In this document: piece by piece, positions 11,106 to 25,804 of the stretch
Numbering within the stretch: position 1 is the first letter of the stretch
How the letters are laid out: every line of letters starts with the position of its first letter
Assembly: GCA_023213395.1 (NCBI GenBank)
Contig: CM041465.1
Coordinates: 87,613,741-87,677,740, forward strand
DNA: 64,000 nt
Origin: Cycas panzhihuaensis
Taxonomy: Eukaryota > Plantae > Cycadophyta
Direction of reading: 5' to 3'
Made by a program: the position numbers and the translations under genes
The notes under the pieces: generated by a model
Told to the model about the DNA's origin: nothing
Databases searched by the model: none
The model's input: the letters and a program-made list of their open reading frames with translations, nothing else

Positions 11106-11685
11106 TGTTGCCAAGGGCCATATGTTTCTCGCCATTTGGGATTCCAATAGTCATCGATCATAGACATAAGTCAGGTATGCATTGTTACTTTTGTTTAAAG
11201 CTTTACTATTGATTTTCATGATTATGTACTTGTATATGCTACCTAATCTTGTTGATGTTGTGATGATGCATGCACCTATTTTTATTAGCTTGTGACAATC
11301 CTAACCATGGTCAATGGCATTTATTGCTTGTTCACTTGGGTTCTCCATATCTAGAGACACCCTTGAGCACCTTCATGAGCACTTTTAACCCCTTTTTGAG
11401 ACTATTGTCCCATCTTTTTACACTATTATTGATCAAGTTTTGCTGATTAGCCCCCTTTTTAGCCTCTTTTACTCTAGGCCATTGTATTCCCTATCTAATT
11501 CAGTTTTTTACAATAGAACATAGTCATCCTGTTGTAAAAATTAGGACATGACACCTTGGTCTCATTGTCATTTTCTCCATGGGCTAGACCCTATATCATT
11601 GAAAAAAAATTGTAACTAGGTGGCATGTCATATTCTATTTTTCACATTGAGGTGACATCCCTCCGTTGTAAAATTCTTATTATCA
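11106..11685 (+). repeat. Tat 3' LTR, homologous to 3291-3650 and 60071-~60640
   Basis: Shared blocks CATCGATCATA, TCAATGGCATTTATT.CTTGT.CACTTGGG and CCCTTTTTTAGCC; preceded by a purine tract. Confidence 0.75.
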
Positions 11686-11686
11686 A

Positions 11687-12130
11687 AAGCTGGAAGTTTA
11701 CTCAATTAATAAGGGGCACTAGGTACAAAGTTTACAACCACAAGTATGATGCATCTTGTATGATCATTTACTACTACAAAATATAAGGTTGTCCTACGAC
11801 TAAGGTAATTTGCTCATGTATCATTTGCTTTCAACAGAAGAAGAGTTTGCATGACCTCCCTATGTCCATATCAACAAGCTTATAGCAAGTTATCTAGCCA
11901 TAATGATTCCTAGAATTCACATTGGCTACATGCTCGAGCAACAAGAACACAATCTCATTGTGCCATTTAGCAATTGTAAAATGAAGAGGCGAATTAAGCC
12001 CACCAAAGGTCGAATACTTTGCCAAACAAGTATTGAAATCCAATAATATGCAAGTGTTAACCAAATCCCAATATCTCGCAATAGAGACCAGGTGTTCCCC
12101 ATAAGTAAAGCATCCAAACAAATTACCCAT
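11687..12130 (-). pseudogene. XBAT33: XBAT33-like ankyrin/RING E3 ligase pseudogene (N-terminal ankyrin part, apparently processed, cut by the Tat LTR)
   Basis: [17 protein letters not shown]....[40 protein letters not shown], then after a stop and frameshift [45 protein letters not shown]; closely matches the remembered XBAT33 N-terminus. Confidence 0.85.
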
Positions 12131-14688
12131 TCCCAAAAATAGCCTTAACCTTGGCCTCTTGCCCTCTATCCATTGTAATAACCTTACACAGTTTCTTTAG
12201 CTCAATGATAACCCTTGATACAGTCTTGTACTACCTCTTTTCCTTGATTCCCTTTTTATAAAAGATCATTGAACCCATGCAGACTGCCCAATGACTTAAG
12301 TGTACCTACAAAATCAAAAGGAGAGCTCCCCCTTCTAGTTTTGCCATTCCTCTTCTTCTAGCTCCTCGACACATTGTCCACTTCATGGCACCACCACCAT
12401 TGCTTCCCTCTTCATTTCCTCTCCCCTTTCATTCGTTTAATTTACTCCACATTCAAGCACACTATTAGACCTCCAAAAATAAGTCTTTAAAAATAACTCG
12501 CTTAACTTACATCTCTTTTTTGGCATTGTTTATCTTAACATAATGTTTTATCAACCATTCTTGACCCATAATCATTCCAAACAATGCCAAAGGGAGGATG
12601 TAGACTCTTTGCATAAACCCACACCAAATTCCAATTATTTTATGATTTATTAACTTCCCTCATTTTATCATTGACCATCTACGTAATTGAATACTCTATA
12701 TGCTTCTCCACCTTTAATAGACTAATATAACCTATACTAGAAGATAAAGAGTTATGACTATTCTCTGTCAATAAAGATAAATATAGATTTGGGGAGGATT
12801 TTATTATGTATATGATTTATGATGGATTTTTGTTCCACTATCTCTTTATGCAACTATATATATACAAACATTGTTTGTAGCTCAAACATGCTTAATAGTT
12901 CCTTACCTATATTCAGTTGTTATCATTCAATCCATTTCAACCATATTTCATATGTTAGTTAATTACTAATGATCATTATTTGTTCTTTAATTCATCAACA
13001 TGTAAATATCAATAGGCTATGATAAGACATATTAGGCATATAATTATTAGAATCATATAATGCATCAATACTAGTTATTATTACTAAACCATACCTTTAT
13101 TTCTAAAACAATTATATTATGGGAATATTACAAAGTAAAGGGATATTGATCTTTGACAGATGAATTATAACCATAATCATAATGACAAACATAATATCTA
13201 TAACCTAGCATTCAAATTTCAATAAGAGGTTTCATAAATTTTAAACGTAAAGAAGAAGAAAAAGGGTTAGAGATATTGCATATTACTTATTTAATCATAA
13301 CTTTGTGGAACCTTTGTTGAGCTATTACATCTAGTTCTGATTTCGAAATAAATTTTGGAGGCATATATTAAATTGCATATTTGTAAATTACACATCTTGC
13401 CAAATAATATTTTTGAAATAAGTTCCAATTGAAATCTACAATTTAATGTAATTAGCGTAAAGAACTTTGATAATGGTTTATATAATTAGGAATGATGTAT
13501 TATTGTGCTTATAATTGATGATTTTCATCTCTACACTTCTAGAGTTTACATTCAAATGACATTACAACCCAAAACATAGTGGTAGTTTTAGAGCATGGCA
13601 ACTAACACAAGTCTTTTAAAACATGGACAGGAAAAACAAAAACATGTTCAAGTTATCAAATGAGTTACCAATAGAAGAATGATCAATACAGGTGATTGGG
13701 TGCCATTTGATGGGCGATTGTGCTAAGGGTTTATCATTGAAACGTGTTCATTAATTTGACCAACCATTCAAATCTCCATGCAAGCTAAACATAATAGATG
13801 TAGATTGGAACAAAGCAGCCACCCTTACCAGGGATTGATCATGGTCGAATTAGGGGCTAATAATGATACAAATCTAGGATAAACAAGGCAAGAGCATTGA
13901 GCAAGAATAATTTAGAATGTCATTACTATGTATGGACCAGAAGGAGTTGAGGATTAAGAACAAGATAAAGTCATTGAGTAGGGATCCAAATAGTAAATTT
14001 AACAAACAAGTGACTGGTATATAACATCATGCTAGTCAATAAGGTAAATGGACAAATGACGACTTGGCAATGGGATGATTATTAAGATGTATTTCTTTCA
14101 TTATAAAAAATGAATCCTACAACTATACATTCATCACATAACAATTTGTGAATTTTGTGATGAAATATTATAGGGTAATGGTTTACTCTGCATGAAGTAG
14201 GAATATGAATATTGAAATTTAATAACTATTCATGACAAGGTGGCATGTGTACTTACCAAAAATGAAAAGAAAGATTTATAGAGTAACAAATTTAATCATT
14301 ATACGTAGAATCAATATCACACTAGGATTGCTCTAGTTACTGAAGATCCCTTCTTCCTTACATCTTTTTCTCAAAATAATTCTCCATTCTCTAATATTTC
14401 TTCTAAGTTAATAGGTGCTTAACTCTCAAATATGAAGGGGGAGAATAATGATGCAAAGGAGAATGATAAAGACGGGGAATATTAGTGATTTATTCTCAAA
14501 ATCTAAATTATTTCATTGAACAAGGAAAATATTTATACATTGATTAAGGGGGTTGGGTTTGTTTGATTCATTGAAAATCAAACCAATGAGACCACCCAAC
14601 TCCCCATTAAATAAACTTGATTAGAGTTTAAAATATACATTTATACTTAATATACATGACCCCATCAAAATGAAACATTAAATAAAGT

Positions 14689-14692
<4 letters not shown>

Positions 14693-14719
<27 letters not shown>
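14693..14719. repeat. (TAA)n microsatellite
   Basis: Direct read. Confidence 0.9.
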
Positions 14720-15619
14720 GGGGGAAAAGAATACCCCTTAGAACTTAAGACATCTAACATAACCCCAAGAATAACCACTACATCAATATTATACATGAGC
14801 TAAAATTTCAATGGATTTATTTGATGTAGGCTGAAAAATGCTTGGAACTACTTATAACAAACTTGACGTCTGTTAGCCACTCACTCATAAGCATGTGTAA
14901 TGAAGACTAAATAAGTATGAAGAAACCCAAGTAAATTAATAATTATTCTTTAATGAAGAATATAGGTGTTAATATTGGTAATTGACTACCCTTTGTACAA
15001 AATTGGGAGCCTTATTTGTATGAGAAATTGGCACAACCCTTTACAATTGTCTCTATTAACCCTTCACTAATATCATTAATCCTGCTGCTAATGCAACATT
15101 AATCATCGTGTAGATTATTAATGCTAGTGCACCTTTAAACATAGTGTTAAGTGCATACATATGATTCTTGCTATCATAAATTAAACTCCACGTTAACCTG
15201 TTTTAAGGACTAGTCTTACTTATTTATGATATTAAGATATGAGATACATTACAAGTACATAACAATAGTAAATAAGTGGCCATGATTGATAAAGTAATGT
15301 ATATTTCATTAATGAAGTGTAATGCTTATAATACACTTTACATTTGATTAACTACTGAGAGGATTAGTTACTCTACATAACTTTCCTAACTCCTTGATTC
15401 TCTCTATAAATTGAGAAGTGAATCAATATTATTTGAAAAAATTCAAACTATGTGTTTGTAGGGTAATTGCAGTGAAGACTTTGGAGGAGTTTTCAGCATG
15501 TGTTACATGTGATATAATAAAAATTATTATTTCATCCCTTTTATTGCAATCTCGTCATTCTCATTTGCTCCTGCTTTAATTTACAATGCAATCCGAGTTC
15601 CTCTAACATTGCATTGTAG

Positions 15620-18600
15620 TGAGAGATTTATTTAGCGGATTTTATTTCTATTTTTTGTAATGAAACAGATTCTTAAAGCATTGTTGCTACAATCTAAAGG
15701 GAGGATGGATCTGGGGAATAAGTCACACACATACACACGATAGCAATGGAGAATGAAAAAGAGATGAAACAAGATATGAGAACAAGTTTGGACGTGAGAA
15801 TGAATAATGACTCCCTCTTTGAGATTTTGCCTTTTATTATTGAGAGTGAGTATTAGGGTTAAGATTTTTGCACCTAATGACATAAACCAGAAATTATATC
15901 TAAATACACATAAAGTATATTTCACTAAGAGATTAATACTAACAATATATCCTAAGGTCACTTAATTAATCTACATAAATGACTTTGATACATTAACCTT
16001 TTTCAATCCCCCCCTTAATGGTGGAAGGTCATTTTGAGAAATTTATTCTATAAGGTTTTCATTTGAGCCTCATGATTACAATAAAATTCTAAATGACACT
16101 TTTGTAGAAAAAACTTCATGGAGAATAAAAACCAATGGACTTTCTAAGATCTATAGCCCCTTTGATAAATCAAATTGGCTAAGGTAACTCTTTGATGTAG
16201 CCTGATAACTAAGCAACTTAATCTGTTGAGTCTCCATATACCGTTTGGTCATCTCCTATGCCCTTTTGGGTTTTCATAGGTTCTGATTTTTTAAAACTAG
16301 TACAACCCTCATCCTTTCATACCCACATAGAGTTTTCATAAGTAGGACAGAGCAAAGACTTACTCTTATTCTTCCACACCCACAAGGGGTTTTTGTGAAT
16401 AGAATAGAGTATGATAATCATGTTGCCATCTTCTTTGATCAGTCAAAGATGGAGGCCCTAAGGCTGAATTGCCTTCAGAACTGTTCAAATTTCATCTTTT
16501 GCAGTGGTTTAGTAAAGATATCAGCCACTTGATATGTTATGTGGCAATGTTCTAGCTGAATTGTGTCATTATGAATAAGTTTTCTAATTCTATAGACTTT
16601 TGTACTTATGTGTTTAGTACAATTATGAAATACAAGATTTTTCGCCATGTAGATTGTTGATTGATTATCCATACAAAGGTCAGTAGGACTTGTTTGAGTG
16701 ATATTCAATATTTCCAATAATTTACTAAGTTATATCACCTCTTTACTGGTTTCAGAAGTAACAATGTATTCAACTTCGACAGTTGAATCAGCAACTATCT
16801 TCTGTCGTCTAGATCTCCATGATATTGATGTTGTTCTAAAAAACGTTACATACCTAGATGCAGATCTTCTTGTATCTTTATCTCCTACAAAGTTTGAGTT
16901 GTATATACAGAAAGCTTAAATTCATTATTAAGTTCATATAACATACCAAATTTGTTGGTTGTTGTTAGTTATTTTAACACTCAAACTATAGCATGCCAAT
17001 GATTTTGCTTAGGATTTTTCATGAATCGTGCAAGAATGCCGACAGAGTATGCAATATCCGGCCTTATATTGGTAGTGTAGATGAGACTACCTACAAGTTT
17101 CCTATAGAGTGTTGTATCTACCTCCCCTAATGTCGCCATCAATTGAGAGTTTGGTATTAGGGTCCATAGGTAAAGCCATTGGTCGAGCATCTTCTAACTG
17201 AAACTTGGTTAGAAGATCGCTGATGTATTTTTCTTGAGAGAGAAAGATTTTCCTATTCTTTTGTGTTACTTCAATTCCTAAGTAATATTTCATTAAACCA
17301 AAGTCAGACAATTCAAATGTTTTGCCAAGGTCATTTTTCAACTAACTTATTGCCTATTCACTCTTACCCATTGCTGGCATGTCATCCATGAAGATTATAA
17401 GATAAGTGACTCTGTCATTTTGGTGCTTAATGAACAATATTGCATCAATATCTTGGTAGTCATAAACCTCATATCTAAGTTGCCTCATTCTTTCAGACAA
17501 CTTAGCAAACCAATCGTGGGGGGCTTGTTTATGGCTGTACAAGGATTTTCTGAGCCTGCAAACCTCATGCTCTTGACCTTTGATCTTATATCTTTCTGGT
17601 TGAGCCATATAAATTTCTTCTTCAAGATCTCCATTAAGAAATGTAGTTTTAATATCGAGCTAGTGGATTTTTCAACCATGTTGAGCAGGCAAGGCCACAA
17701 GAGTTCTAATTGTAGGCCACTTGGTTATAGGTGTAAAGACTTTAGCGTAGTTGATGCCTTTCCTTTGTGTAAATCCTTTAACTACCAATCTTGCCTTGTG
17801 TTTTTTAAGGGTGCCATCTGATTTATATTTATTTTTGAATACCCATTTATTTTGAACTCCCTTTTTTATAAGTGGTAAATCAATGTACTCCCATGTACTA
17901 TTTTTTATGAGAGATTAATATTCTTTGCTCATTGCATTTCTCCAGACTATATGTTTTACAACTTCTTGGAATAAGAGAGGCTCTTCATTCAGAGTAAAGT
18001 GCAGTTCTACCGGTTCAAGCTCAGTATATAATGATTCTTGCATTCTTGTTCTATGGGCATTTTGAGTGCTAGTTTTGCCTACATCATCTAGTCATATGTT
18101 CTTATTGAGCTAGCGAGCTTCACGAGATTCTCGAGTAGGGAATGGGGTCTTCATTTTCTTAACTTCTTGGTTCTCATCTTATTCATTAAAATGATCATTT
18201 TATGAGGAGGATATTGATGCACCTGAGGAACATGGTCCTTCTACCACTATTTTGCCTTTGTCAATTGAAGGTGAAGAGGATGATTCTGCTATAATGACTT
18301 TGCCTTTGTCATCTGTTATCTTCAAAAGATGGTGCTAGATGTGCACTCATCGATTCAGAGTCACAATTTATATCCTCTGAGACTCTATTGTCGGCTTCTA
18401 ATATTTGGAGTAATTTATATCTGTCCCCCCTCCCCCCCAAATTTTAGAATTTAAACATCATATTTGATAACATTATTGTAGTGGCATGAGGGTATTTTAA
18501 AGTCTAGTCTAAGCAATTGATCCTCTGTCTCTATAAAAATGACATCTCTAGTAATAATAATTTTTCATTATGAAGGTATAAAAACCATATACCATTTCTT

Positions 18601-21600
18601 ATTCATAGGGTATTCAACAAAGATGTCTTTAAATGCCCTTGGCTGGAGTTTATTTCGATTTATATCCAGAATGCAGGTATAGCATGTAGAGCCAAAATTT
18701 TTTAAGTAGTAAATAATTGGGGCTTGTCCTGACTACTTTTCATTAGGTGATTGTCCTTCCTTTGATAGGCTAACAACATTGATACAATAAACAACTATCC
18801 AGATGGCTTTAACCCATAGGTAAGCAGGCATATTTTTATATACCAATATAGCTCGAGCCATGTTTATGGTTGTCCTGTTCATGTGCTCGGCAACTCCATT
18901 TTACTGTGGGGTACCTGCTACTATTATTTGATGTTTGATGCCATTATCTCGAAGGTAGCTTTCGAACTCATGTGAGGTATATTTGTCATGATTATTAGTT
19001 TGAAGATATTTGAGTTGATAACTTGACTCTTTTTCAATGCAGGCTTTGAATTCTTTGAATACATGGAAGGCTTTATCTTTCTTGTATAGAAAATCTACCC
19101 ATACTTTTCTAGTGAAATCACTAATGAAAGAGATGCAATATAATTTTCCCTTCAGTGAAAGAATGGGTATTAGTCCGCACAGATTAGAGTGTACCAATTG
19201 TAATGGATGGCTTGATTTCTACTGACTTTTGGGAGAGGGTTGTTGATGAGATTTGGCAATAATACAAGCTTCACATTTGAAGGGCTTGGAGGAGAACTTT
19301 GGAAGATTTTGAAGAGTATTACAAAGATCTCTAACTCTATTGATGTGAACATGGCCCATGTGAGCATGCCAAAGAGATTTTGGTGATAATGTTGGGTGGG
19401 CCAGGATAGAGTTAAATGTAAATTCTTCATTAGCACAAGTGCTTTGAGCATAATGAACTTCAAAAGATTGAGAGTTATTCAGTCAAAAGAGTTTGCTAGA
19501 GAGATGTCTAGTCAAGACCACTCGATCAGTTAGAGGGTGAATGACCTAGAGAGTCTAGTCATTTGTGATTACACTCAGATTAAATCCACGAGAGACAAGT
19601 GTGGATAAGGAGAACATGTTTTGTTTGAGATTAGGTATGTATAGGACATCAAGCAATGTAAAATCTCTTAAGCCTGGGAGTTTCAAGTGAATGTTACTAA
19701 TTCCTTCAACAGGTTGTTGTGACTTATCAACCATGTGAACAACTCTTTGAACATTTAAGTTAATTATTTGATATAGACTATGATTGCACGTCATATATTG
19801 AGTTACTCCTTTGTCCATGATCCATTGTCCATTGATTAGAGCCACACTATTTACAATTCCAATAGGACCTGACATTGGTGAAGGGAATTCATAAGTGATA
19901 TATCCATATCGAGCTTCAAATTATCTCTGTAGTTGGTCAATGGCATTTGATGTTGAAGATCCCTTAATTATTTGGAAATGTACTTGTACAAAACTTACAT
20001 CACTAAAGTATTCTTCATAAGTTTTTTCAACATTGTGAGCTCCATATTTTGGTTGGAACTTGGCCAACTTATAAGTGGTAGTTTTGTGGTCTTTTACAAA
20101 GTGTCCTTTACGGTTACACTAATCACACATAATAGTTTGATTGCCAGTTCTTAAAGAGGTACTAGTTTGCCCTGATTGTTTTACTCTTTATTAAGGTGGC
20201 CCTTGGCCTTAAGACTATCGAGTTTATGACTGAGGGTTTGGTTGACCTTGTGAACGATTTTCCATGTTTCTTCCTCTTTCTTTTGCTTAGTTATTTTTTT
20301 TGCTATAAGAGGGACCTTTATTCTTTGTGTAGTAAGATTCTTCTTCCACCTTAAAGGCTATATCTAGAAGAGAGTCAGAGGCTACAAAGTTGGTATCAAA
20401 GGTCTTGTTAAATTCTATATGTGGCTAGTACATCTGGCACAATAAAGATGTATGTGGCTAGTACAATAAGGATGTAGAAATAAATGCTATGATAAAAAAT
20501 AAGTAATAATTAAGTATTTTTTAACAACTATAAAAAATGAGTATAAGCAATGATGCAAGAATGAGGCCTAATGTAGAGCTGGCAAAGAGTGGTGATATGC
20601 CATGCCACTAACCTCTAACTTATATTCAAATATAGGTGAGGTTTCAATACCTAAGACTTCTAGTATACGATTATAGCCTTTACCCGCAATACCCACACCT
20701 GTATTTAGTGATGAAATCTAAGTCACAGTGAAGCTCAAGTACTCCTAGTCCTTACCCAGTTTACTAGTGAGTAGTTATATATACCTTCTCTGAAGAGTCA
20801 AATGATATGTACGTATCTCATAGCTATGATAGATATTGGATCTTGTATTAAAGTTTTCAGTTTTCCTCGGTGATTATTAGGATTATCCCTAATTAAAGGT
20901 TGTAGGTATAGTTAACCTGTCCCTTTACCACTATTCAGCTTAAGACCAGACCTAGTATAAAACTTATACCTCCCTTAGAGCTCAAACTTCAGCCAACCAT
21001 GGTCTATTTCAACCAAGGCGAGTGTGCGCACAAGTCAAGAATTGGCGGTATAAATCGTATGGATAATATTCCTTTTAGGAATAATGTAAGTTATTTCTGA
21101 ATAATTAAAAACTGAAATGAAAAGTTTCCAAATGTGTTTGTTTACATTTTATACTTGTTTTGTTGTTGCTACTACTTTATGTGATGCTTTATGCTATGTG
21201 TGCAAATAGAAAAAGCATGCTAAATTTAGTAGGAGAACCGAATGTTACTTCTGAATTAAGGTTTCCCTTACTTTAGTACAATATTTTTAAAAATTTTAAT
21301 ATAATAGCCATAAAGGGCTAAAACGTGGATCAACTTGCCGTTAAAATACTAATTTTTCTAAATCTAGATGCATGCTATTTTACCCTATTTTGTGATTTTT
21401 TTACAAAATTTATAAATAATGATAAATAGGTAAAATTTTCTAAAAATTACAAATATGAAGGCCTAAATGATAGAATTTGAATTTATGGCAAAATAAAAAA
21501 GTATTTAAAATATTATTTATAATAAGGTAGCTAAGTCAGATTTATAAAAGGGCATAAAAAAAAATTTCTAAAAAAAATACAAAAGTAAAATCTTACCAAA

Positions 21601-22322
21601 TCCATTGTCTCAGAATCTAAACTTCAATATGTCAAAAGTTGCATCTTGATATGTACATCAACTTTTCTTTTTGCACCATCTCTAAAATCAGCCAAAAACT
21701 ACCCTTATAATATCTTTTTGTGGGGTTGAGTACGCAAATTCAGCATTTGTGAGAAAACTGCAAAGATCTCACTAACTGATGAATGAAATTTGATGAGATT
21801 TATCTTAAAATACTCCTAAGATATAAATCTACTTGATCCCTCAAAAAAACTTTTAGATTTTCAACTCATGTTTAAAGGATTTCATTGAGAAATGTACCTT
21901 AAGTCACTTATTCACAAATTTTAACCTTTTGTTTCAGCTAAAACTTACTGTTGCAAGTTGAATATAAAGACTCTTTAGAAGACAAAAATGATCCTCTTGG
22001 CAAGGTAACCCTACATGCCAAATTTCATCAAAATCTAATATGGTCAAATTTTTTAATAAAATTTTAGGCCTTCATTGCTTCCAAGACTGTTCTGGCAACC
22101 AAATGGCTTCAAAAAATTGTCTTTTTCACCTCTAAAATTTTACACACATAGAGAAAGTAGCAACATGACATGACAACTATCTTTTTCTACTTAATTACAT
22201 GAACTTGAAATTACATCTAAATGCACTTAAAGTCCATTTCACTAAGAGACTAATGTTAACAATATATCCTAAGGTCACTTAATTAATTTACACAAATGAC
22301 CTTGATACACTAACCTCTTTCA
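15620..22322 (-). mobile_element. Ty1/copia element B (degraded, partly deleted 5' end), nested at the PBS region of element A
   Basis: 3' LTR ~15620-16005 with PPT AAGGGGGGGAT at 16006-16016; only ~140 bp of the other LTR is recognisable (~22180-22322); ORF remnants RNase H 16475-16717, RT 16981-17700, integrase 18901-19197, protease 19555-19875, knuckle ~20100. TSD unclear. Confidence 0.75.
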
Positions 22323-25300
22323 CAGTCTAGTACATTTCTTGTAAATTTTTATAGATGCTTTACAAACCAATAGTTTTTCATAGAATAAATTAGATATTTT
22401 TTATAGTTGGGTGATTTTGAGACATGAAGGGTTTTTTAAACTCAATGTTTTTGTAGTTTTTGAGGTTGTGGAATTGTTCTAAACTTGTCTAATATTAATT
22501 TTATAGTAAGTACTATTTTAAAAATGATATTTTTTACCCTCATTTTGATTTTGGAAACTAAAAAAGGAGGAGGGTTTCAAAACTAAATTTCAACTCATTT
22601 TTTTCCCATTTGTGATCAATTCTCCTCTTATTTGAGGCTACAATTACATAGATCATGTTTGTAAACCCTATAAATAATTGTTTATTTGTTAATTATCATC
22701 TGTATTTGACTCCAGTGAGAACATCAACCTCCATGGCTGTGCACACGAGTTTTTGATGGCTACAAAATTTTATTTTTTAATAAAATCAACCTTTTAATAA
22801 ATATTTCTATATTCTATAGTTTATAACTTTAGAATAATAAAATTAAATTTTTCATAAAGTTAGGGGTTCACACCTTTATTTTTTTGGCTCCTAGTCATAT
22901 TATAAAAGCATCTTTATGTCTAAAAGGTGTTAATCACTATATCTTCATTGTTTGACCTTTATTTTTAAAAATTCAAGTTGTAGTAATCATATTTTAAGTT
23001 GTTCTTTCATAAATTGAGCTTAGATTTATAAACAAACCTTGCAGCATCTGAGTATTCATATAAACTCATGCTTGTGATCATGATTTTATTGCATTTCCCC
23101 CCCATTATATTGAGTGTAAATATAGCTCGTGATATTCTATCTAAGTCACAAAAGTTAAATGACAAAAATTAGATAACTTAAAAGTTTAAAATATATAATA
23201 TTCTAGCTTTAAAAAGATGAATGAAAATTATTGAAGGCAAGAAACTAAAACTTATTTAGATAGCTCCTCAAGTTACAATGACTACTGGAATGACTATTAG
23301 TGCATTCTTTATGACTTCAACAGTAACATCCAAAGATGTGGAAGACTAAGAGGACAAAGATTGAGAAGCACTCATAATTATTGATTTGTTTGTTGCAAAT
23401 GAACTAACTATATATTTACAAGGCAAAATAACATTAGTGAAAACACAACAAACACTGAGGATCTATATGAAATAAAGAACAAAACTAGAGCTTTGTACCC
23501 AAGAAATCAATTGCATGCCTGTAAAATGACAATTAATATTTTTATCTTTGTCCATTTACAAAGACTTAACAAGATTAGAGATTTGTTAATTGTTATAGGT
23601 GAAAAAGTTAAGGAGAGAGAATTGGTGAGCATAACCTTAAATAGCCTCCATGAAGGCTATCACATTTTTGTTACCAGTTTATGCTTGACAAAGAGATCAT
23701 AGCCTTTAACATTTGAAGAGTTAGTTAGACTTCTTTTATATGAAGAATAACTCATGGGTGGGTATGTTGGTAGTAGTGGTGGTATGGTATTAACTTCGCA
23801 ATTTAAGAAGAAATTATAGTTGAATACTCCTAAACCAACTCAAACACTCTCTCCTAGCACAAGTGAATCCAAAGGAAATAAGGACATCACATGCACTTAT
23901 TGCAAAAAGGTTGGTCACTTTGAGAAAAACTGTTGAAAGAAAAAGTTAGATAAAAAGAAGAAGAGTACTAATAAACCCACATCTCTGTCTGTTAATGATG
24001 AAAAAGTATTTATGTTCGATGCCATTTGAGGCACTATAGGTTCTTAATATATTGATTCAAGAGCTTTAAACCATCACTTTTTATAAGGAATAGTTTAAGG
24101 AACTCAAAGGTGAAAATAGTTTAATCATAATTCTTGGTGATAATAGTTAACATAAAGTAGTAGGTAAAAGTACAATTATTCTCAAGTAATCTAGTAATAA
24201 GATTTATATCTCTAATTTGTTGTATGTACCATCTTTTAGATATAATTTACTTTCTATAAGTCATATAATTAAGTTGAATATGAAAGTGGGGTTTGATGTT
24301 GTGAAATATGTCATCAAAGATGATAATTTTGTAATTGTTTAAGGAGTCCAAGAGAATGGCTTATATAAAATTTTTGGCTCACATGAGCATAGTTTTATTA
24401 TAACTTCATCCAATACATTATGGCATGCTCATTTTGATCATTTGAACTACCATAGTATTTACTTGTTAAATAAGCTAAAGATAGTATATGATCTTTCTCT
24501 AGTATAAAGAGCAATAAAATCTACAATGCTTATGCATTAGGAAAATAACATAGAGAAAATTTTCTCAAATCCATTTAGCAAGTGAAAAATAAGTTGGAGT
24601 TGGTACACTCAGATTTATGTGGACCAATCACACTAGTTTTATTTAAAGGAGTGACATATTTCATGATCTTCATCAATAATTCGACCAAGAAGACATAGAT
24701 TTATCTTCTGAAAAATAAGTCAAAAGCATTTATAAAATTTAAGGAATTTAAAGTTAAAGCAAATTTTTTTTCTAAAAAGAAGATCAAAATTCTGAGAAGT
24801 GATAGTGGAGGTGAATATCTCTCATCCGAGTTCATTATATTCTATAAGAACTATGGCATCGAAAGACAATTAACAACATCTTATACCCTATACTAGAATG
24901 GTGTTGCTAAAAGAAAAAATCACACCATTGTTGAAATTGTGAGATGTATGCTCAAAGCCAAAAACATGTCTACTGGCTTATGGGCTAAAATAATGAACAT
25001 AAGAATGTATATTTTATATAGAAATCTTATAATAGTTGTTCGAAATATGACTCCTAAAGAGGCTTAGATAAGAAAAAAAATCATTTGTTTATAATCTTCA
25101 TGTCTTGTGTTTATATACCTGATGAAAAGTGACAGAAACTTAATGATAAAAGTCGCAAGTGTATTTTTATAGGATATAATAAGTTGTCCAAAGCTTATAG
25201 ACTTTGGAATCCTTTATAAAATAAGATTATAATTAGTAGGGATATACTCTTTTCTAAGCTTAATAAGGATATAATTCTTGTTGGGAATGACGAGAGAGAA

Positions 25301-25804
25301 CAGGGAAGGCGTTACGTGACAGGAAGGCGACCTTGGCGGTTAGGGTTACTGTTGTGCAGGTCTGGCGGGCGTCCCCCCAGACGGGAAGGCGAGATGGCGC
25401 GATCTCGCAGTTAGTACAGTGGCTATGTGTAGTGGAGAAGGAGGACGAGAGCATCACGGGTGCGCTGAGGAAAGGACGAACCGTAAGGGCTTTAGAGGAC
25501 TCAGAGAAGCGGGCCTGGCTAGATCACACTTTACACAGTTTTCCAGGGTTAGAGGAAGGCAGAATCGAGGTCCGGACGGTGCTGCGCTAGAGCATAAACG
25601 GGAGAGGTTGGATCTCCCACAAGGTAGCGGCGCTGAGTCTAGAAGTGTTGGCCCGAGGGGCTCTCAGTTATATAAGACCTAGACAAAATCATATCCGAGT
25701 ACCCAAGATTGCCCCAGAAATCCAGTCAAGGGGAAATGGTTGTGCATAGACAATATTGGTGAGTTTATGCTGCTTTTGTAGTTCCTATAAATTCGTTCCT
25801 TTGC

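Larger units (their letters stand above)
3291..11685 (+). mobile_element. Ty3/gypsy Tat-type LTR element, non-autonomous and probably chimeric: LTR, gag, protease, antisense PMD-like region, archaeal-type RNase H, PPT, LTR
   Basis: Related LTRs at 3291-3650 (deleted 3' part) and 11106-~11685, both starting TGTTG; purine tract 11096-11105; gag and protease motifs present; no RT or integrase seen; no matching TSD. Confidence 0.7.

Noticed and set aside
12500-15280. AT-rich interval between the pseudogene and Copia A
   Set aside because: Probably very old TE debris; no motif, terminus or frame could be supported.
20391-20400. TGGTATCAAA resembling a PBS
   Set aside because: Wrong orientation for the minus-strand Copia B and no adjacent LTR end.
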